Source: an uncultured virus (IMG/VR IMGVR_UViG_3300015608_000687) (Duplodnaviria > Heunggongvirae > Uroviricota > Caudoviricetes > Crassvirales). From it: DNA of 20,000 bases. Positions 1-10,074 of the stretch are shown here, one piece after another. Positions within the stretch are counted from its first letter, which is position 1, and each line of letters opens with the position of its first letter. The DNA lies in the IMG/VR virus record IMGVR_UViG_3300015608_000687; one strand, 5' to 3'. A model generated the notes under the pieces. That model searched no databases and had not been told where the DNA came from. It worked only from the letters and a program-made list of their open reading frames with translations. The position numbers and the translations under genes were made by a program.

Positions 1-3000
1 AAAATTGATGATAAACCTGTTTTAGGTTATGTGCAAAAAGTACAACCAAACGGTTTACTTGAAAGCATTGAGGAATACCCTTTTGTTGCTAAGACTTTTA
101 ATCAAACTACCGGACGTAATGAATACGATATAGTATTACCTGATGGTTCAATTGAAAGAGTTGATAATCCAACATTTGTTGAAACAGATGGTTCTTCTGG
201 AACGCAAAGTTCTGGTAAAGTAGTATTGAATGGTGTTGACCATTTTTCTAATCCTTTGTTTTGGAATTATTACAGAGAGGTTGAAATGCTTAAAAACATT
301 TCTGCGGCAGAAGGTATTTCTGAAGCAGAATTGCTTGAAGCATATGGTCAGGAAGGATTTCCTGCACATTATCAAAGAGCTTTACTAGAGCATATATTAG
401 CTACAAGACCTAATTGGAGAGATTATATAAAGCTTGAAGCTGTTCAAAATAAACAATCTCCTGAATATCTTGCGAAACCTGTTGATTTAAAAAACAAAAG
501 AATAAGAGGTAAAAGATATTCCGGTGTAAATATTACCTTAAGTATAACTAATCCTGAGACTGGAGAAGTATACAGATTAGCACATACTTTAGATACTGAT
601 TTTTTTGAAGAAGTAAGTGATGAAGGAGTTGTTACCCCTATTGATTTTCTTAAGCTTGATTACAACGAGTTTAATAGTAAGTTTGCGTTCAGGTCTTTCG
701 GAGAGAAGAATGAAAGAAATGCAACGCCGGAAGAATATGAAAAATTCCTGTTAGTTTATGAGTCAGCAATGACTTTTAACAAGTGGGTTAATAAGTGGTA
801 TTCTGACAATAATTATAAAGATATTGTTCCAATACCGGAAGAAGCTTATAGTCTGGAGCCATATGGAATGTTGGATTTTAAACATAAGCTTGACCCAGAA
901 GTTGCAATAGCTGATATACCTGTACTTGAAAATGCACCAATTATAGCACCATTTCAAAGTACTTTAAAGACAATAAACGGCTTACCACTTCCATCTGGTT
1001 TAGATTTTAATCTTGAAATTACTTCAGGAGCATATTATGCATTAGCTCAATTTCCAAATGGTTATAACACTTGGGTAAGACTTAATGGTAAAACAATTGA
1101 GCAAGATAAAGAACTTGAAAAAGAACTTTCAGAACTAATTAAGAATGCAAATAATTTTGCATCTAATTTTGATTCTACAACAGCACTTAACACGTTAGTT
1201 GAATTTGAAGGTTCAGAAGTTGAGCTTAAACAGGCTTTTAAGACCTTATCAGACAGGCTTGGGTTTATACAGTCCAATGACCCAAGAATATCTGTAAATT
1301 GGTCTATTGACGTTCCTATGGCTTCTGAAGATGCTTTGCCTAACTATCAGGTAAAGCTGGAATTTAAATTTACAGAAGAAGGTAAGTCAATAAAAGGTTC
1401 TTCTTTGTATATCACTGATTTTGAATCAATTAGTGACTTATTGAGTCAAATAAAGGAACATGAGAAAAAGAACGCTTTTTTAATAAATAAAGCAAGAGTT
1501 CTTTATTCCGTTGATAAATCTTCTTTTAAGTCTTGGCCTGCTTATGGTGACTTGGGATTAAACTATAAGAAAAAGCTTTATCCGGTAACTAAACCGAATA
1601 TTGTTAAATCTTGGAATGTTAAAATAAGATTTAACGGAGAAGCTTTAATGAAAGAGGTTCCTTTAGCTGTTAGTAATTACACACCTTCGGATATTGATGA
1701 AAGTGTACCGTCTGAATTTTCTGGAACTGAAATAGAAGACTTTATAAAAGAACAAGAAACTGATATACAAACTAAAAAAGCTGAGACAGAAAGAAGAAGA
1801 CAAGAGGAATTAAATAAGGACAATGTATTATCAGAATTAAAAAAAATAGTATCGAAGGAAACCTTTGAAAATGCTAATACAGAAGGTCAAATAGAACAAA
1901 GGGTTATATTTGTTAAAGAGCATTCAAATAATGAAAAGGCTAAAGAATTAGCTAAACAATGGTTAAATATCAAAAATCATTCTGATAAAATCAATGCTAG
2001 ATACGATGCAAAAATAAAAGCATTAGAAGAGCAAACTGCTCAACCTGAAATAAAAGCTAAAAAAGCTTATATAGAAAAAAGAAGACAAGAAGAACTCAAA
2101 TCTTTACCTCTTGCTGAAAAAAGGGATGAGATAAATAACGCTAATGTTATGGAAGTTATCCCTGGGGATAAGTTTGGTAATGTAAGACCTAAGTATATTC
2201 CGTTTATTATAATTGAGGAAGCTAATAAAAATGATAAGTTAGGAGGTCAAACAGCCAGAGAAATTAATATTAGAGGAGGTTACTCTACTAAAGAGTTAGA
2301 TAGTAAACTTCCAAACTGGAGGAATTATTTAACAGGTGCTAAAGAAATCAATGCTAAATATGATGCAGAATATGTAGATGCTGTTAAAAAAGGGGAAATG
2401 ACTAAGGAGCAAGCTATGCAAGCTCTTGAACAAGCAGGTAGAAAAGGTAGTGATGCTTATACAGAATTAGCTGCTTTAGAAAATAAAAAGTCTGAACAAA
2501 ATAAATTATCTAAATTTAAAAAAGAAGATTTAGATAAATACGATAATATTGATTTTAAAATAGTTGATAGAGGTACTATAAACTATACTCTGACTTTAGA
2601 AGATGCAAGAGACTGGGTTGCTAAAAGATTTGGCAAATCAGCTTTTGTTCAAAATATTGATACACTTATTCATAACTCTGAAATAACAGGAATTCCTGTT
2701 GGTGCTGTTGTGAATAACATAATGTATTTAAGAAAGATAGGTGATAAAACAGATATGTATCACGAAGCTGGTCATATTGTGTTTAATAATTTCTTACCTT
2801 TTAAAAGACAAAACGCATATATAGAGAGAATAAAGAATGAATTAAAATGGTCTCCAAAACAACTTGAAGAAGCTAAACAAAAACTAAGAGCAAGAAGTTC
2901 CAGATATAGAAATATGTCTGACGCAGCTCTTGAAAGAAAAGTCTATGAAGAACAAATCATGGACAAATATGCTGATTGGCAAACTAAAAGAGAAGAAACT

Positions 3001-6000
3001 AGAACTTGGTTATCTGATTTTTTCAACAGTCTTAAATCTTTTATTGATTGGTTATTCAATAACAAGAGTCTTGTTGCTTTGTTTAATCAAATTGACAGAG
3101 GTGCTTTTAGAAATGCAAAAGCAAAGAACAAATATGGTGAAATAGATTTCAAGATTGTTCCCGGATTTAATCCTGTCACAAGTAATGTGTTTAAATCTCA
3201 GTTGGTGGGATTTATGATAAATGCTAAATTACCAGCTACTTTATCTGGTTTTGAAAAAGCATATGATATGTTATTATCTACATATGATGTAGATAATTCA
3301 GATGTTCAGAAATTTATTAAGAACAGCACCATTGAAGATTTAGAAACTAAAATGGCTGTAGTTTGGTCAAGACTTTCTAAAGCAGAAGCTAAGAATGTTC
3401 TTATGAATGAAGTTATAAAATTCTTTAAAAAGAATAAATATAATCCTGAAGTTGAGGTTTATGATGATTCTTCTTCTGAAGAAGGAGACAGAGTTTATGA
3501 TAAACCTGCTAATGAAATAGACCCTACAGATACTATAAATGAAGTTGTCAGAAACTTCTTGGCTACTACGTTAGCTATTGATAAAGATATATTTGGAAGA
3601 CCTGTTGAAACAGTTATCCCTTGGCAAACTGTTTATAACAGATTGTTACCTGTTTTATCTGTTACTCACACTAAATCTTCAGATATAATCAGAAGATTAT
3701 CTTACATGTCTAAGGACAGTAATGATACTTTTATACAAGCTGTTTACGAAAGATTAATAAAAGAAACTGGTTACAGCAAAGAAACTCCAGATGGTGTTGG
3801 TACAGAAGGTAAGAATCTTTTAATAGCTTTTAAAAATGCTTTTGCTTTAGAGCAGAATCTTTATTTACAAGCTGTGCTTGATAATGGTCAGGCTTCTATA
3901 CATATAGAAAATAAAAAAGATTTAGGTCAAAAGACTAAAGAAGAATGGGAAGACGACCACATTAAGAATTATCTTAATAAAGTAAATGCCGATAAGCAGA
4001 TTGCGTCAAAAGTCAATAAAGATTTTGAACACTTATTGTTAAGACTGAGTAGCAATCCTGCTGATGTCGAGCTTTCTAAATTCAAGAATTACAGACCTGA
4101 AAATGCTGTACTTGAGGTTTTAAATTCTGTTGGAATAAAACTTCAAAAGAAACATGCACAAGCTGCTTTTGGTGAAGAAACTGATGATGTTGAAGAAAGA
4201 AGAATTGTAAATGAAAATAAACAACCCATAATCACAATATCAGATATAAAGTTGATTTCTGAATATTTGAAAAAAGGTCAACCTTTATTTTCAGGAGAAG
4301 AAGGTGTTGATACGCTTGCTTCTCAAATAAAGCTGATAGCTACTGCTGATGCCAGATATAATCCTTTTATTGTAGCTAAGACTTATCAGGATGCTGCTGG
4401 AAAGAAAAGATATTCTTATTCAGAAGCTAATATGATGCATTCTGAAATACATAAGTTGAGAACTGATGTTTACAATGAGTCGAGATATAATGAGTTGTTA
4501 AACAGACAAAATGGTTATTTTAAATACAATAGTCTTGTAAACAAGAGTTATCAGGATGCTAAAAACATTCTTAATAACTTATGGCCCCACCTTATTTATG
4601 ATTTATCTGTCAGAGACGAGAATCAAACAGAAGGTATTACAAGCAAATCAGCTACAGACGGTGACTTTTTAGTTCTAATGCATATGTATTATCAGAGAAC
4701 TATAAAGAACTCTGAGACTGGTAATAAACCTTTTTCTATATTCAGTATGTCTCAAATTTCTGATAAGACATCTCAATATGGTTTCTTTTTACCTGTTGAC
4801 AGATATGTTACAAACGGTAAGTTGAATGAACTTGGTAAAAAGGATTTGTGGAATATGTTTAAAACAGACCTTTTCACTAAACAAGAAAAGTTTAATACTG
4901 GTTACATATTCAAAGGAGATTTGTTCTTTTTTGAGTATTTGAAATCTGATATTAATGTAGGAGATTATGTAAAAGCTCTTATAAGTAAAGAAACTTCAAT
5001 AGAGGATGTTACCCCGGAAGTTGAAAATATGATAGTTAAAGCTATCTATGATAAATTAATACAGCAAGCAAATGACCATATTAAGATTCTTCAAGATATG
5101 GGTCTTTATGATAATGTTGTTACTCCGGCTTTAAAGAAGGAATATCCCAATATTCTTGATTATTTTGTCAATCATCAGTTAAACACTTTTATCAAAGTAA
5201 ATGATGCTTACAAATTAATTGGGGGTAGTCCTAATTATACTAAAGGTTGGGATGACTTTATTAAGCGTATGGGTAGAATCATTGCTGCTGGTAGAGATTT
5301 TTCTGCTGGAAAATCAACTACTTATCACAGAGTTGCTTTTACAGATGACCAAGTTGTATTTGTAAATCCTGAAAATTTTGATGAAATAACAACTGATTCT
5401 AAAAAAGCTAAAGAGCTTGGTTGGGATGAAATAAATACAACAGATGCTCAGGTATGGTCTACAACTAATTCTAAACTTGAAGACATGCGTAAGCTGGGTC
5501 TTTTGACAGATGCTCTTGAAAGTGTTCTTTTAAGAATGTCTGTTGTAAAAGACAATGATGGAAATCTTGTGTTTCCTAATCCCGATGATGTTCCTACAAG
5601 AGATGAAATAGAGGCTGCCGGACTTGATTTAATTCCATCTAAACAAGTTACAGGTGGTAAAACAGATGATTTAAAAGAAGTCTATAACAAGATGGCTGTT
5701 CATTATCTGTCTTTTGTTGATTTGGCTTACCATGATGGTGAAAAATGGATTCCCAGACCAGACAGATTGTCTTTATATAACAAATACATGATGATGGTTA
5801 ACAATGATGTTACTCATCTTGTTCCAAAATCTGCAGCAAAGATGTTTTATGGTTCTCCTGTAAGCCATTCTTTTTTGAATGAATACACAGGACAAACTGT
5901 AAATACTTATATTGTACCAGACATATATAGAAGATTACAAGTTCAAAACAGCACTAAATCAAAGAAGAATATAGTTTTATCAAACCAGATTCTTAACATC

Positions 6001-9000
6001 ATTGGTTCTGAATTACCTGATACTGAAGAAAACAACAGATTGAAAACTAGAATGCAACAAAGCATTGCTAGGATGAAATCTCAGGATTTAAACTTCTTAG
6101 ATAGGATATTAGTTGGTTCTGATGGAAAAAGACCTGATTTAACAGTATTGTTGAATACCTTAATGAGTATTGCCGAAGATTCTTCTGGTGATAGCCAGAT
6201 GCTTGAGATGTTGAGTCATACTAATGGTAAACCAAATTATGATACTAACGTAGCACACATTTCCTCTAAGTTTACTGAAATGTTCTTTTCCAGATATAAA
6301 GATGTATTCAGACAGAAAGGATTTGGTAGAATATTGACAGCAGTTTCTTCTGACGGTTATAACGTAATTGAAGATAAGGATACTGGTGAAATCATTACAG
6401 ATTATACAGAGTATAATCCAGATAAGCATAAAATCAGACCTTTAAGAGGTATGAGAAACAGTGAATCTGGAATAACTCCTGCTGAAATATTTATACCCAG
6501 AAAGTATGCAGAATTATATAACTTACAAGTAGGTCAGGAACTCACATCAGATTTGTTCAAAACAATTCTCTACCGTGTACCTTCTCAGTCATATCACTCT
6601 GCTGCTATAGCTAAAGTAGTTGGATTCTTACCTGATTATTATGGTGATACAATAGTTGCTCCTAAAGAGTTTGTATTGCTTATGGGTATGGACTTTGACG
6701 TGGATAAGCTCTATATGTACAGTAAGGCTTTCTATCAGAATAAAAAAGGAGAAATCATAGTTTACGGCAAAGAAAAGACTCTAGAACAAAGATTTGAGTC
6801 TTATCTTAAAGACCTTACTGAAAACAATCCTTATATCAAAGCTGAATATAAAAGAAGACTTGAATCTGACAGTTCTTTTGCTGAAGTTAAGGAAGAACTT
6901 AAAAACGCAAGAAAAAAACTTAATTCAATATTTGAAGCAAAGAAAGAACTAAGAATACATAAAGGTGTTTTGCAAAGACTTAATCGTACAATGCAAGACA
7001 TACTTGGTGATGACAATAGTGAATTAGACCAAGAAAGTTTAAGCGAGAATATCTTGTTTATAAAGCAGGATATAGCTGAACTTCGTAATATTGTTTCTAA
7101 TATTCCTAATGTAAAAGAAGAGATATTCGATTTAATGGACAGCATAGTTCAAAGACAAGAGTTTGAATTAGTTCAAACTTTAAAGTATTTCAACATGCCT
7201 GTTAATATGGAAGAGTTTTCTAAATCTTCTTATATTCCTAAATATCAACTTTGGAACGATGTTGTTGATTCCATGTATGAGATATTCAGTAAATCTGATT
7301 TGTGGGATGCTTTTCGTATGAAACTCTCTACAGATAGAACTGACAGTTTCATTGAAACAAATAAAAACAAATTATCAACTGCAGATATTGTTCCGGGTAC
7401 TCCTAATGCTGTTTATAGTTCATTTAAAAACGCAAGACAAGGTAAAGTACAAACAGGTATTGCAGTAACAAATAACACAGGTATTCAGTTCTTACTTGAA
7501 AATAACATTGTAATTGACCCTGAAATAATTCAAGAAACGCCTATAATCTTTAACAATGAAATAATCAGGCAGTTTAACATAGATGATTTAAACAGAGAAT
7601 CTATGGACGCAGGTTCTGAAATATTAGGTCGTATTGTAGATAATCAGAAAAACCCTGTTGCTGATAAGCTTAATCTTACTCCTGAAACTATGGGTATAGC
7701 TTATATTATAACTAAAGCTACAGGTGATTTGGATTTAGCTTTATTGTTTTTACAGTCACCTACGTTAAAAGCCATTTCAGAAGCTAAAAAGAACTCTGAA
7801 AGAGTAGTTAATCCTGTTGATTATTTTGGTGAAACTACTAAGATATTGAAGAACTTAGATAACAAAGAAGTAGAATTAAAGAAAAAATCACCATCTCTTG
7901 TTGTAAATTATATTCCTGTTACTAAACAAAATCTGGAATGGTTGATAAACAACCTTAATTATGAAACTTTATCAGATGATGATAAAGCTAAATATATAGG
8001 TTTAGAAAAAGAAATATACAGAAATTATAGTATTTTAAAAGATATTGCTGGTACTACACAAGCAATAACTACAACATTGTCTTTAAATAGGTCAATTGAC
8101 TCTGATATAGCTTCTGCATATAGAGTTTTAAATGCTTTTGATACTGTTGAAAAAAACAAGGTTCTACCTAATGCTTATGGTGCATTAATGAGTAATCCTG
8201 TAAATCAAGTCAATTATGATATTTTAAAACACGCATTAAGAACACTTTCTTTATATCAAATTACTGAAACATATTATGCAAATAATGTAATTGACACTGT
8301 TCTTGGTATGTTAAGCAGTTCTGGAAGAAAGAAATATCATCAGGATATTATCAATTCTTTTATGAGTTCCTTGCAGATGGCTGTTATTGAAAAGAACGAA
8401 GGTTCTTTATTAAAACATGCTGAGTTGCTCATGAAAAATCCAAAATCTTTAGCTAACATTGTATCTGAATTTAAAAGCAGAAAAGAATATGAAAACAATG
8501 TGTTTCTTAAGCTTTTAAGTACTAAGATGAATTTGAAAGAAGAGGCTTATGATTTAGTTACAGCAGATAGTCGCAGTAAGCTTTCTCCAGAGGCTCAGGC
8601 TGCTATATTAGACGCTTCTACTTATATAATGCATAAGGAACCAGAGTTATTCAGAAAGCTTGAAAAGTATCTGCAATTGATGGATGGTATGATGTTTAGA
8701 AACGGTTCGTTTGTAAAAATGATGCCTGCTGAGACATTTAAATCCGTAGCTAAAGCTTTAGAAGACATTAATGAAGTATTAACGGGTAACTACAATAATG
8801 AACAAAGAATAGCTAAATTCAAAGAGTTGACAGGCTATGATTTCAATGAATTTAAAAACAGGTTCATTGATCAATTCTTTATGCATATTGTAAATAAAAG
8901 ATTACCAAGAACAGATTATAAGGGTTATAATAAAGAAGGTAAAACAATATTTAATAAGACTTTTATAAATGGAATACTTAAAATAAATCTGGTAGATAAA

Positions 9001-10074
9001 ACTAATCCTGAAACAGATATTCAGGTATTTCAACCTGTTTATAATGAAGACGAAACTCTTTTAAGAATAGAGTTTCCAAGATATTTAAGAATTAAACTTG
9101 AAACAGGTGGATACAAAGGATTTAGATTAAAGAAAAAAACTGATTTTTCTGCTGAATATGAACCAATAATTTACATAGGAGATAAAAGAAGAAAGCCTTA
9201 TTCATTATCTATTGCTGACAATATTAAGTTGCAGCAGATGCTAAAACAGGATATTAAACAGAATACTCCAGATACTGTAGAAGAATCAACTAATCTGATT
9301 TCTGATGATAATAGTGTATTCTTTGAACAAGAAAGTGTTGGAGATATAGCTTCACAAATACCTATTGATGAATCTACTTATATTCCTGCGTTTGGAAAAG
9401 CTGTTGCTAAACCTGAAGAAAAATTAAAAATAAACATTTATAGTGGTACTGGAGAAAATCCTGAATTAAGTAACTTTGCTAATAGACCTTTTACTGATGA
9501 TGGTATTGGAGATTTGGGAATGAATTATAAAGAAGCGACAGGAAAGTCTATAGTATTCAATACTGTAGAAGGTTTCTTCCAAGCTTCAAAAATACAATAC
9601 TCAAACTCTTCTGAGTACTGGGATAAGTCTAAAGATGGTTGGACTTTAACAAAAAGAGGAATTGAACTAATAGAAAAATTTGCCAAAGCAACTGGTTCAG
9701 AAGCTAAGTCTTTAGGTAGAACTATAAAAGAATTAGATACAAAAGAATGGGATAAGTATTCTTCACAGGAAATGAAAGGAGGTTTACTAGCATCTTTTGA
9801 ACAAAATCCAGATGCTTTAGTTAAACTTCTTTCTACAGGAAATGCTACTCTCACTCATACACAAGATAAAGGTAAATGGGGAGTTGAATTTCCAAAATTA
9901 TTAATGGAAGTAAGAACAGAACTTGCAAAACAACAAACTCAAAATCTTTGGTCTCAGTATCAACAAGCTTCAATAGAAAATAATAAAACTGTAGATTTAA
10001 CACAAGCTGAATTTGAAGCGTTATCTACTGAAGAACAAGAAACTATAATTTATCAAATCAAAAACTGTAAATAA
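1..10074 (+). CDS. Giant virion-type DNA-dependent RNA polymerase polyprotein (crAss-like / phi14:2 gp66-like two-barrel RNAP) with zincin and NADAR-like accessory domains; probably 5'-truncated
   Basis: Frame is open from base 1 (KIDDKPVLGY precedes the GTG at 31), so the true start probably lies upstream; ends TAA 10072-10074. Contains MGMDFDVDKL (6682-6711), YRVPSQSYHS (6571-6600), TTDAQ (5437-5451), PKSAAK (5824-5841) and VDNQKNP (7636-7656), in the order expected for crAss-like RNAPs. Confidence 0.9.
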   Translation, partial: KIDDKPVLGYVQKVQPNGLLESIEEYPFVAKTFNQTTGRNEYDIVLPDGSIERVDNPTFVETDGSSGTQSSGKVVLNGVDHFSNPLFWNYYREVEMLKNISAAEGISEAELLEAYGQEGFPAHYQRALLEHILATRPNWRDYIKLEAVQNKQSPEYLAKPVDLKNKRIRGKRYSGVNITLSITNPETGEVYRLAHTLDTDFFEEVSDEGVVTPIDFLKLDYNEFNSKFAFRSFGEKNERNATPEEYEKFLLVYESAMTFNKWVNKWYSDNNYKDIVPIPEEAYSLEPYGMLDFKHKLDPEVAIADIPVLENAPIIAPFQSTLKTINGLPLPSGLDFNLEITSGAYYALAQFPNGYNTWVRLNGKTIEQDKELEKELSELIKNANNFASNFDSTTALNTLVEFEGSEVELKQAFKTLSDRLGFIQSNDPRISVNWSIDVPMASEDALPNYQVKLEFKFTEEGKSIKGSSLYITDFESISDLLSQIKEHEKKNAFLINKARVLYSVDKSSFKSWPAYGDLGLNYKKKLYPVTKPNIVKSWNVKIRFNGEALMKEVPLAVSNYTPSDIDESVPSEFSGTEIEDFIKEQETDIQTKKAETERRRQEELNKDNVLSELKKIVSKETFENANTEGQIEQRVIFVKEHSNNEKAKELAKQWLNIKNHSDKINARYDAKIKALEEQTAQPEIKAKKAYIEKRRQEELKSLPLAEKRDEINNANVMEVIPGDKFGNVRPKYIPFIIIEEANKNDKLGGQTAREINIRGGYSTKELDSKLPNWRNYLTGAKEINAKYDAEYVDAVKKGEMTKEQAMQALEQAGRKGSDAYTELAALENKKSEQNKLSKFKKEDLDKYDNIDFKIVDRGTINYTLTLEDARDWVAKRFGKSAFVQNIDTLIHNSEITGIPVGAVVNNIMYLRKIGDKTDMYHEAGHIVFNNFLPFKRQNAYIERIKNELKWSPKQLEEAKQKLRARSSRYRNMSDAALERKVYEEQIMDKYADWQTKREETRTWLSDFFNSLKSFIDWLFNNKSLVALFNQIDRGAFRNAKAKNKYGEIDFKIVPGFNPVTSNVFKSQLVGFMINAKLPATLSGFEKAYDMLLSTYDVDNSDVQKFIKNSTIEDLETKMAVVWSRLSKAEAKNVLMNEVIKFFKKNKYNPEVEVYDDSSSEEGDRVYDKPANEIDPTDTINEVVRNFLATTLAIDKDIFGRPVETVIPWQTVYNRLLPVLSVTHTKSSDIIRRLSYMSKDSNDTFIQAVYERLIKETGYSKETPDGVGTEGKNLLIAFKNAFALEQNLYLQAVLDNGQASIHIENKKDLGQKTKEEWEDDHIKNYLNKVNADKQIASKVNKDFEHLLLRLSSNPADVELSKFKNYRPENAVLEVLNSVGIKLQKKHAQAAFGEETDDVEERRIVNENKQPIITISDIKLISEYLKKGQPLFSGEEGVDTLASQIKLIATADARYNPFIVAKTYQDAAGKKRYSYSEANMMHSEIHKLRTDVYNESRYNELLNRQNGYFKYNSLVNKSYQDAKNILNNLWPHLIYDLSVRDENQTEGITSKSATDGDFLVLMHMYYQRTIKNSETGNKPFSIFSMSQISDKTSQYGFFLPVDRYVTNGKLNELGKKDLWNMFKTDLFTKQEKFNTGYIFKGDLFFFEYLKSDINVGDYVKALISKETSIEDVTPEVENMIVKAIYDKLIQQANDHIKILQDMGLYDNVVTPALKKEYPNILDYFVNHQLNTFIKVNDAYKLIGGSPNYTKGWDDFIKRMGRIIAAGRDFSAGKSTTYHRVAFTDDQVVFVNPENFDEITTDSKKAKELGWDEINTTDAQVWSTTNSKLEDMRKLGLLTDALESVLLRMSVVKDNDGNLVFPNPDDVPTRDEIEAAGLDLIPSKQVTGGKTDDLKEVYNKMAVHYLSFVDLAYHDGEKWIPRPDRLSLYNKYMMMVNNDVTHLVPKSAAKMFYGSPVSHSFLNEYTGQTVNTYIVPDIYRRLQVQNSTKSKKNIVLSNQILNIIGSELPDTEENNRLKTRMQQSIARMKSQDLNFLDRILVGSDGKRPDLTVLLNTLMSIAEDSSGDSQMLEMLSHTNGKPNYDTNVAHISSKFTEMFFSRYKDVFRQKGFGRILTAVSSDGYNVIEDKDTGEIITDYTEYNPDKHKIRPLRGMRNSESGITPAEIFIPRKYAELYNLQVGQELTSDLFKTILYRVPSQSYHSAAIAKVVGFLPDYYGDTIVAPKEFVLLMGMDFDVDKLYMYSKAFYQNKKGEIIVYGKEKTLEQRFESYLKDLTENNPYIKAEYKRRLESDSSFAEVKEELKNARKKLNSIFEAKKELRIHKGVLQRLNRTMQDILGDDNSELDQESLSENILFIKQDIAELRNIVSNIPNVKEEIFDLMDSIVQRQEFELVQTLKYFNMPVNMEEFSKSSYIPKYQLWNDVVDSMYEIFSKSDLWDAFRMKLSTDRTDSFIETNKNKLSTADIVPGTPNAVYSSFKNARQGKVQTGIAVTNNTGIQFLLENNIVIDPEIIQETPIIFNNEIIRQFNIDDLNRESMDAGSEILGRIVDNQKNPVADKLNLTPETMGIAYIITKATGDLDLALLFLQSPTLKAISEAKKNSERVVNPVDYFGETTKILKNLDNKEVELKKKSPSLVVNYIPVTKQNLEWLINNLNYETLSDDDKAKYIGLEKEIYRNYSILKDIAGTTQAITTTLSLNRSIDSDIASAYRVLNAFDTVEKNKVLPNAYGALMSNPVNQVNYDILKHALRTLSLYQITETYYANNVIDTVLGMLSSSGRKKYHQDIINSFMSSLQMAVIEKNEGSLLKHAELLMKNPKSLANIVSEFKSRKEYENNVFLKLLSTKMNLKEEAYDLVTADSRSKLSPEAQAAILDASTYIMHKEPELFRKLEKYLQLMDGMMFRNGSFVKMMPAETFKSVAKALEDINEVLTGNYNNEQRIAKFKELTGYDFNEFKNRFIDQFFMHIVNKRLPRTDYKGYNKEGKTIFNKTFINGILKINLVDKTNPETDIQVFQPVYNEDETLLRIEFPRYLRIKLETGGYKGFRLKKKTDFSAEYEPIIYIGDKRRKPYSLSIADNIKLQQMLKQDIKQNTPDTVEESTNLISDDNSVFFEQESVGDIASQIPIDESTYIPAFGKAVAKPEEKLKINIYSGTGENPELSNFANRPFTDDGIGDLGMNYKEATGKSIVFNTVEGFFQASKIQYSNSSEYWDKSKDGWTLTKRGIELIEKFAKATGSEAKSLGRTIKELDTKEWDKYSSQEMKGGLLASFEQNPDALVKLLSTGNATLTHTQDKGKWGVEFPKLLMEVRTELAKQQTQNLWSQYQQASIENNKTVDLTQAEFEALSTEEQETIIYQIKNCK
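1762..2481 (+). repeat. Two tandem bracket repeats: I-x-x-KKA-x-x-E-x-RRQEEL ... insert ... IN-A-(R/K)-YDA ... (L/I)-x-ALE
   Basis: Left arms 1762-1812 (DIQTKKAETERRRQEEL) and 2047-2097 (EIKAKKAYIEKRRQEEL); right arms 1984-2028 (DKINARYDAKIKALE) and 2344-2370 + 2464-2481 (EINAKYDAE...ELAALE); the enclosed inserts are unrelated. Confidence 0.85.
2566..3129 (+). other. Zincin-like metallopeptidase domain within the RNAP polyprotein
   Basis: YHEAGH (HExxH at 2761-2775), downstream EEQIMDKY (candidate third-ligand helix) and WLSDFFNSLKSFIDWLF amphipathic helix; zincin-RNAP fusions are known in crAss-like phages. Confidence 0.75.
5251..7656 (+). other. RNA polymerase catalytic core (two double-psi beta-barrels, DxDxD metal site, putative bridge-helix/trigger-loop region)
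   Basis: DDFIKR (5251), TDAQ, SAAK, RxP motif (RVP 6574) and DFDVD (6691-6705); DFDxD resembles the DFDID catalytic motif of the phi14:2-type RNAP. Boundaries approximate. Confidence 0.85.
9430..9924 (+). other. NADAR (YbiA-like) domain near the C-terminus of the RNAP polyprotein
   Basis: LSNF...F, TVEGFFQASK, EAKSLGR, EWD, FEQNPD...LLSTG, WG, LLMEVRTEL match the NADAR motif series (SNF, EhyfQAxK, AKxlGR, KFxQN, LlsTG, WG, LMxvR). Confidence 0.8.

Noticed and set aside
31..33. GTG start of the 3347-aa ORF
   Set aside because: The frame is open back to base 1, so the gene probably starts upstream of the window.
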